Below, piece by piece: positions 31,491-37,136 of a DNA stretch of 37,136 bases. Position 1 is the first letter of the stretch. Each line of letters begins with the position of its first letter. The translations under genes and the position numbers were made by a program. Origin of the DNA: Octopus bimaculoides. Taxonomy: Eukaryota. The stretch covers positions 8,629,269-8,666,404 of the forward strand of contig NC_068981.1 of assembly GCF_001194135.2 (NCBI RefSeq). Reading direction: 5' to 3'. Below the pieces are notes generated by a model. That model did not search any database and was not told where the DNA came from. It saw nothing but the letters and a program-made list of their open reading frames with translations.

Positions 31491-33067
31491 CCCATCCCAG
31501 TGTCTAAAATTGAAAATGAACTGCTAAAAATAACAGCTAAATATCCGGAAATTTTCTGTGTTTGTGTGTGCATATGCGCAACAATTTTTACAGCTTATGC
31601 GAATGAACAGAGAAAGTAAACAGAAATATGTTCTACATACCTCTCGTATACGCCGGTTTTGCTTTTTCGCTTTAATGGTAAACGATTCTGATAGAAGCAA
31701 AGCCGATATTGAATAATTCTCCGTCGTATGTCTACGACCCCACCTCTTTTTTTAAAAGTAAAGATAAACGCTTTTTAATTGTGATAATGAAACAAGGGGA
31801 TTAGTCCTTACCGACAAAATAAATTTCTCTTGTTAAAGAGAGGGTAGCATTTTCTCTCTTATTCAATATTAAATTAGAAGAGAGAATATGATGTTACCAA
31901 AAACGTTAAAACTTTACTAACATGATCGATCTGTCACTGAACCAGGATTTCCATTTCATTTGATACACACTTTGCTATCATTTATAGGAGAATTGCAAAC
32001 ATGGCATATAACGATAACTTATTTTAATACAATTTTTATGAGAACATTTCCGTAAATGTTTTTCTTGCGCGCTAATCCGAAACACACAGACACCTGCACA
32101 TATACGCAGGCGGATACACATGGACGAAGTCCCATTCTGGGAGTATGTTAAAGTTTTTATTATTTTGAAATGAAGAACACAAACATAGGTGCTGAGCCAC
32201 TGACTAAACTTGTAGTATTTTGTTGGGATTAATCCAGTGAATTGACAGCAAGGTATGTAAGAAGTACTCTTTTGAAACAAAATTTCTGTGTAAGGACCTG
32301 TCGCGCGCGCATTCACACCAACACTTTCACACAAAAGTTGGTTGCTGATAAGCATAATTGTGACTGGATAAAAATTTGGTAGACATTTACAATAACACCA
32401 TACTCGCTAAATACTAACCCTAAACCATAAATTTGTTTACAGCAGGACCGGCGCTATGCCCCTGCAACCCCTGCGGTCGCAGGGGGCCTCCGCGAAGAAC
32501 TGGAATTACTATAATGTAAAACCTAAAATTCGATGTTATACACAACTTATGTAATTTTCAGAAGAAATAGAAACAGTAAAGTTTCTAAACAACAAAAGGT
32601 CTTCATACAGACGCACAACCAGTGAAAACTCTTATTACGTTGATATAAGTCATTCATTCGGTCCTTTCGGCGATATACACTGTAGGATATCTTTCAATTT
32701 ATATGATAAACATTATAGATTTTAAAGTTCAATATTCCCGTGACATAAATTAGAGATATCGACATGAGTTATTCAAATAATTGTTCGTGGAATGGACCTA
32801 ATAAAATTAGTTCGAGTACACACGATATTTGATTTTTAAATCCGATGCGACTATTTCTACTTGGATAAAGATTGGAAAATGTTATATCTTGATAAACTTC
32901 CAATACATATTTTGGATATTTTTGGAACAATTCGCCTTATTAACACTTGATATTTCTATTTTAAATCAGATGTGAGTAATTATACTTGGATAGAGATTAA
33001 AAAATATTGTATGCTGATAACTCACATTACATACTAGCCGGAAAAGGGAGCGCGACGCCTCCCCTCT

Positions 33068-33070
33068 GTG

Positions 33071-33142
<72 letters not shown>
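33068..33142. repeat. (TG)n microsatellite
   Basis: Direct reading. Confidence 0.95.
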
Positions 33143-33298
33143 ATATGTGCGTGTATGTATGTATATGCGTGTGCCTGTACACATGCATGTATGTATGCAC
33201 ATATGTGTGTACGGATGTATGTACGTATATATGGATCTGTTTGGGTGTGTATGTGTGCATGCATGTATGTACATGGGTATCTCAGTATGTACGTATGT

Positions 33299-33367
<69 letters not shown>

Positions 33368-33731
33368 NNNNNNNNNNNNNNNNNNNNNNNNNNNNNNNNN
33401 NNNNNNNNNNNNNNNNNNNNNNNNNNNNNNNNNNNNNNNNNNNNNNNNNNNNNNNNNNNNNNNNNNNNNNNNNNNNNNNNNNNNNNNNNNNNNNNNNNNN
33501 NNNNNNNNNNNNNNNNNNNNNNNNNNNNNNNNNNNNNNNNNNNNNNNNNNNNNNNNNNNNNNNNNNNNNNNNNNNNNNNNNNNNNNNNNNNNNNNNNNNN
33601 NNNNNNNNNNNNNNNNNNNNNNNNNNNNNNNNNNNNNNNNNNNNNNNNNNNNNNNNNNNNNNNNNNNNNNNNNNNNNNNNNNNNNNNNNNNNNNNNNNNN
33701 NNNNNNNNNNNNNNNNNNNNNNNNNNNNNNN

Positions 33732-33982
33732 TATATATATATATATATGTATGTGTGTATATGTTTGTGTGTCTGTGTTTGTCCCCCCAACATCGCTTGA
33801 CAACCGATGCTGGTGTGTTTATGTCCCCGTCACTTAGCGGTTCGGCAAAAGAAACCGATAGAATAAGTACTAGGCTTCTAAAGAATAAGTCCTGGGGTCG
33901 ATTTGCTCAACTAAAGGCGGTGCTCCAGCATGGCCACAGTCAAAAGACTGAAACAAGTAAAAGAGTAAAAAGAGTAAAGAGT
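33732..33982 (+). mobile_element. Family B SINE 3' half (5' part in gap)
   Basis: tgtttgtccccccaacatcgcttgacaaccgatgc..cctggggtcgatttgctcaact..gactgaaacaagtaaaagagt. Confidence 0.9.
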
Positions 33983-34897
33983 ATATGAATATGTGTATGT
34001 ATCTGATGTGCCCCTCTATATCACTTTATCTATAACACCCAATCAAATAGACATTCTTATATATCTGTAAACACTCGAACTGCACCGCAACACACCCACC
34101 CACAAACATACACACACACACCACTACCACCACCACCACCACCACCACACAGTGCCTCAGCACCTTTGATCTTCGTGTTGATAATGGAATGTGGTCGAAA
34201 CAGCGGCTGAGGGGGTTTGATCTTCGTTCGAAGTATAAATCACCAACAACGAAGACAAACTGAAACTTGAAGATGTCATGTTATGGTAAATAAGAGAGAG
34301 TCACTTGGTGGGGAGTCATTATTCATTGAGGGGGTGTACACACACACACACACACACACACTTGTATAAAACAGACTGGCACATATTCAATATGCATGCC
34401 TCATGCCTACGTGCATATATATATATATAATACAAAGAATATATATACATGTATACACACATATATGTACATNNNNNNNNNNNNNNNNNNNNNNNNNNNN
34501 NNNNNNNNNNNNNNNNNNNNNNNNNNNNNNNNNNNNNNNNNNNNNNNNNNNNNNNNNNNNNNNNNNNNNNNNNNNNNNNNNNNNNNNNNNNNNNNNNNNN
34601 NNNNNNNNNNNNNNNNNNNNNNNNNNNNNNNNNNNNNNNNNNNNNNNNNNNNNNNNNNNNNNNNNNNNNNNNNNNNNNNNNNNNNNNNNNNNNNNNNNNN
34701 NNNNNNNNNNNNNNNNNNNNNNNNNNNNNNNNNNNNNNNNNNNNNNNNNNNNNNNNNNNNNNNNNNNNNNNNNNNNNNNNNNNNNNNNNNNNNNNNNNNN
34801 NNNNNNNNNNNNNNNNNNNNNNNNNGGTGTGTATTTGTGCATATATGTGTGTGCGTGTGTATCTTCTCTCGTTTGTTCAACATCATTTATCATAGAT

Positions 34898-34902
34898 GTT
34901 GC

Positions 34903-34961
<59 letters not shown>

Positions 34962-34972
34962 GTGGTGGTGAT
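34898..34972. repeat. (GCT)(GAT)(GGT) compound microsatellite
   Basis: Direct reading. Confidence 0.95.
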
Positions 34973-35294
34973 GACGGTTAAAAAATAAAATATGACAAAA
35001 GAGAAATAAATAAAAAAAGTTGTTCTATAAAACGTTACACAAAGATGACGATACTTTTCGACACTGTTGCTTTTATTGCTGCAGTCTTGGTGGCCGTTGA
35101 CAGGGTCACCAACAAGTGTGCAGACGCAAATGAAAGGGGAATGGACCTATTTCACTCTATCACTGATATTATCATTTATTGCCTGTCGTGGCAAACATCT
35201 CTCGACATTGGAAGCTGTCATCGCGTAGAGGTGAACAACAGAATGGCGTCAGCGAATTACATTTCAATTATTGGCACATTGACGTGTCAAGAGT

Positions 35295-35481
35295 TTTTCT
35301 TTTTGGTTAATTGTTTCAATCATAAAACTGCGGCCATGCTGGGGCATCACCTTGAAGAAATTTTAGTCGAATGAATCGACCCCGGTACTTAATTTTATTA
35401 TGCCGAGTTCTTATTCTATCGTTCACCTTTGTGGAACCGCTAAGTTACGGGGACGTAACCACGCAAACCCCGGTTGTCAAG
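35295..35481 (-). mobile_element. Family B-related SINE 3' half
   Basis: Minus: cttgacaaccggg..acgtccccgtaacttagcggttcc..gatagaataag..ggggtcgattcattcgact..ccccagcatggccgcag..gattgaaacaa. Confidence 0.8.
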
Positions 35482-35731
35482 TCTGTTACAACGAAAACTG
35501 CGTTGATCCTGATGTGCTTGAACAGACTGAAGAAGGGTTTTATTAGAACTTGTCTCTCTGGGACCGGCAGGAAATATTTAGCGAAGGAAATATCTAAACT
35601 TCGATTCTTGTCCTTTATGGCATCCATTAACAATGAAGATGCTATATTGGTGCTTTTTTCGTTATTACTGTTGCTGCTACACACACGCTTACGCACGCGC
35701 ACACGTACGCACCATGCATACATACACACAC

Positions 35732-35772
<41 letters not shown>

Positions 35773-36489
35773 TGTTCATATGTGTGTGTGTGTGTATAGA
35801 TATGTATTTTCTCGCTCCCCGTCTCTCACTTTCTTGGCATTTTCTTTCTTTCCATTTTCCTTTTCTCGCCCCCCACCTCTCTCACATTCCTTGGCATTCT
35901 TTTTCTGTAATCTCTCTACTTTCCTCTGTTATCTCACTTGTATCTTCCCCCTCTCTCTCTCTCTGTCCCTAGTTCCTTCCCTAATTCTTCAATCTCTCTG
36001 CTCTCTACATCTCTCTGTTCTCCCACGTGACCGGTGCTCGGCCAAGTATGGTCTTTCTTTCTTTGACTGATCACTGCTCGCATAACACCTCATTTTCCTG
36101 TCTCCTGACTTTCATCTATGTTTGTTGCCGTAAGGCTTCCACTTCACTCGCCAACCTAACTTAACTTGTCCTTTTAGTCGAAAGACACCTGTTGTTATTC
36201 TTGTTGGTTTTATTTGTAATCGTGTAACATTTTCTCCGTTTTCTCGTTTCTTTTGTCCGAGTTGTCGCACATACCCGCCGCTTTCTTCCAAAAATGTAAT
36301 GCCCTTAGCTTAGATTTTTGGGGTCTACCAATTTCTAACAGTCTCAAATGTAACAGGCCGAAACTGTAATGATAATTGGAAGCTTGACTGATGACTAGCA
36401 AGCCACGAGTCCTGGTTTTTCTGTTCGTCCTTGTATCGTCCATCCGTCCATATGTTTTCATTGTCCTCTGTTACGTTCTTGTTCCGTTT

Positions 36490-36805
36490 TTTGGATTCGG
36501 AGAATCGACAACCAAGTTCGGGAAATAGTTTAGAGAAATCGGAGTTGACATGAGAGGAGAGCAAGACCAAACAAACCGCTCTGCTGGGGACAGCTAGGAT
36601 TTTGAGATTGGTGCTTGGATGTTGAATATCTTCTACGATAATTAACAACCAAGTATCAAAGCTTATAATGTGCAGAAAGACCTCTGACAGCAGGCTGTTG
36701 TCCGCTCTCACAGAATCAACCAGAGCAAACAAGACCGAACGCTCTGAGGAGAAAAACAACAACAACAACAACAACAACAATAATAATAATAGTAATAGTA
36801 ATAAT
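36490..36805 (+). mobile_element. R4/Dong-clade 3' end with (CAA)n(TAA)n tail
   Basis: KFGK*FREIGVDMRGEQ(fs)QTALLGTARILRLVLGC*, UTR, tail about 36757-36805. Confidence 0.75.
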
Positions 36806-36810
36806 GATAC

Positions 36811-36907
36811 ATTCTATTATAGGCACAAGGCCTGAAATTTTGGGAAGAGAAAAGTCGATTACATCGACCCAGAGCACAAATGGTACTTATTTTAACGACC
36901 CCGAAAG
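36811..36907 (-). mobile_element. Family A SINE 3' half
   Basis: Minus: ctttcggggtcgttaaaataagtacc..ctgggtcgatgtaatcgact..aaatttcaggccttgtgcctataataga. Confidence 0.8.
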
Positions 36908-37090
36908 CGGCGGTGGGGGCAAGCACAGACACAATTGTTGTTGGTGTATTTACATCCCCATAACTTAGCAGTTCAGCAAATGGGACGAATAGAATAAGTA
37001 CCAGGCTTTAAAAAAAGCATTGGAATCGGTTAAAATTCTTGAAGACTGGGTGCAGCATGGCCGCGTTTCAACGACTGAAGCAAATAAAAG
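36908..37090 (+). mobile_element. Family B-related SINE 3' half, diverged
   Basis: gttggtgtatttacatccccataacttagcagttcagcaa..atagaataagtaccaggc..gcagcatggccgcg..gactgaagcaaataaaag. Confidence 0.75.
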
Positions 37091-37096
37091 CTTATA

Positions 37097-37136
<40 letters not shown>

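Noticed and set aside
32160-32260. Possible exon ending in AAG/GTATGT
   Set aside because: A single donor-like site with no supportable acceptor or reading frame
32443-32495. GC-rich caggaccggcgc.. segment resembling a hAT transposon end (also cagggacggg at about 3317)
   Set aside because: No matching inverted partner or 8-bp TSD found in the window
34178-34212. ttgataa..gtc-GAAA-cagcggctg
   Set aside because: Two core mismatches, no U after stem III, no stem I
35045-35374. 109-aa ORF and an alternative frame with signal-peptide-like MKGEWTYFTLSLILSFIAC
   Set aside because: ORF runs into a SINE, the other frame stops after 32 codons; no homology evidence available
1129-36070. Many ORFs of poly-X, HT/CV/YI dipeptides or homopolymeric residues in the ORF track
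   Set aside because: They are translations of N-gaps and microsatellites with no protein motifs
36210-36480. 83-aa minus-strand ORF next to a purine-rich tract, possibly a LINE 3' end
   Set aside because: No diagnostic motif recognised; left unclassified

Overview
Eukaryotic, AT-rich, microsatellite-saturated draft-assembly DNA with ten N-gaps. The SINE families look like those of octopod cephalopods (inference from recalled repeat motifs, no database search). No host protein-coding gene, tRNA, rRNA or CRISPR array can be supported; almost every ORF in the supplied track is a microsatellite, gap or decayed-transposon artefact. The window is a retroelement graveyard. It holds at least six Penelope-like element (PLE) fragments (one RT+GIY-YIG Neptune-like copy at 13.7-15.2 kb and five GIY-YIG endonuclease-bearing fragments of another PLE type), seven R4/Dong-clade RLE-LINE fragments associated with (TAA)n or (TACA)/(CA)n microsatellites, two RTE LINE 3' ends, about 17 tRNA-derived SINE copies of three families, a TTAA-flanked Kolobok-like MITE, other fold-back elements and 22-bp and 51-bp minisatellites. 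The most interesting signal is a recurring set of PLE-type minimal hammerhead-ribozyme motifs with palindromic stem III. One is near-complete (170-227, minus strand) and several are decayed, including two facing copies in a 336-bp fold-back element. A PLE at 21.3 kb shows a head-to-head inverted copy of its own 3' end at its 5' junction. Boundaries were read by eye and are approximate.
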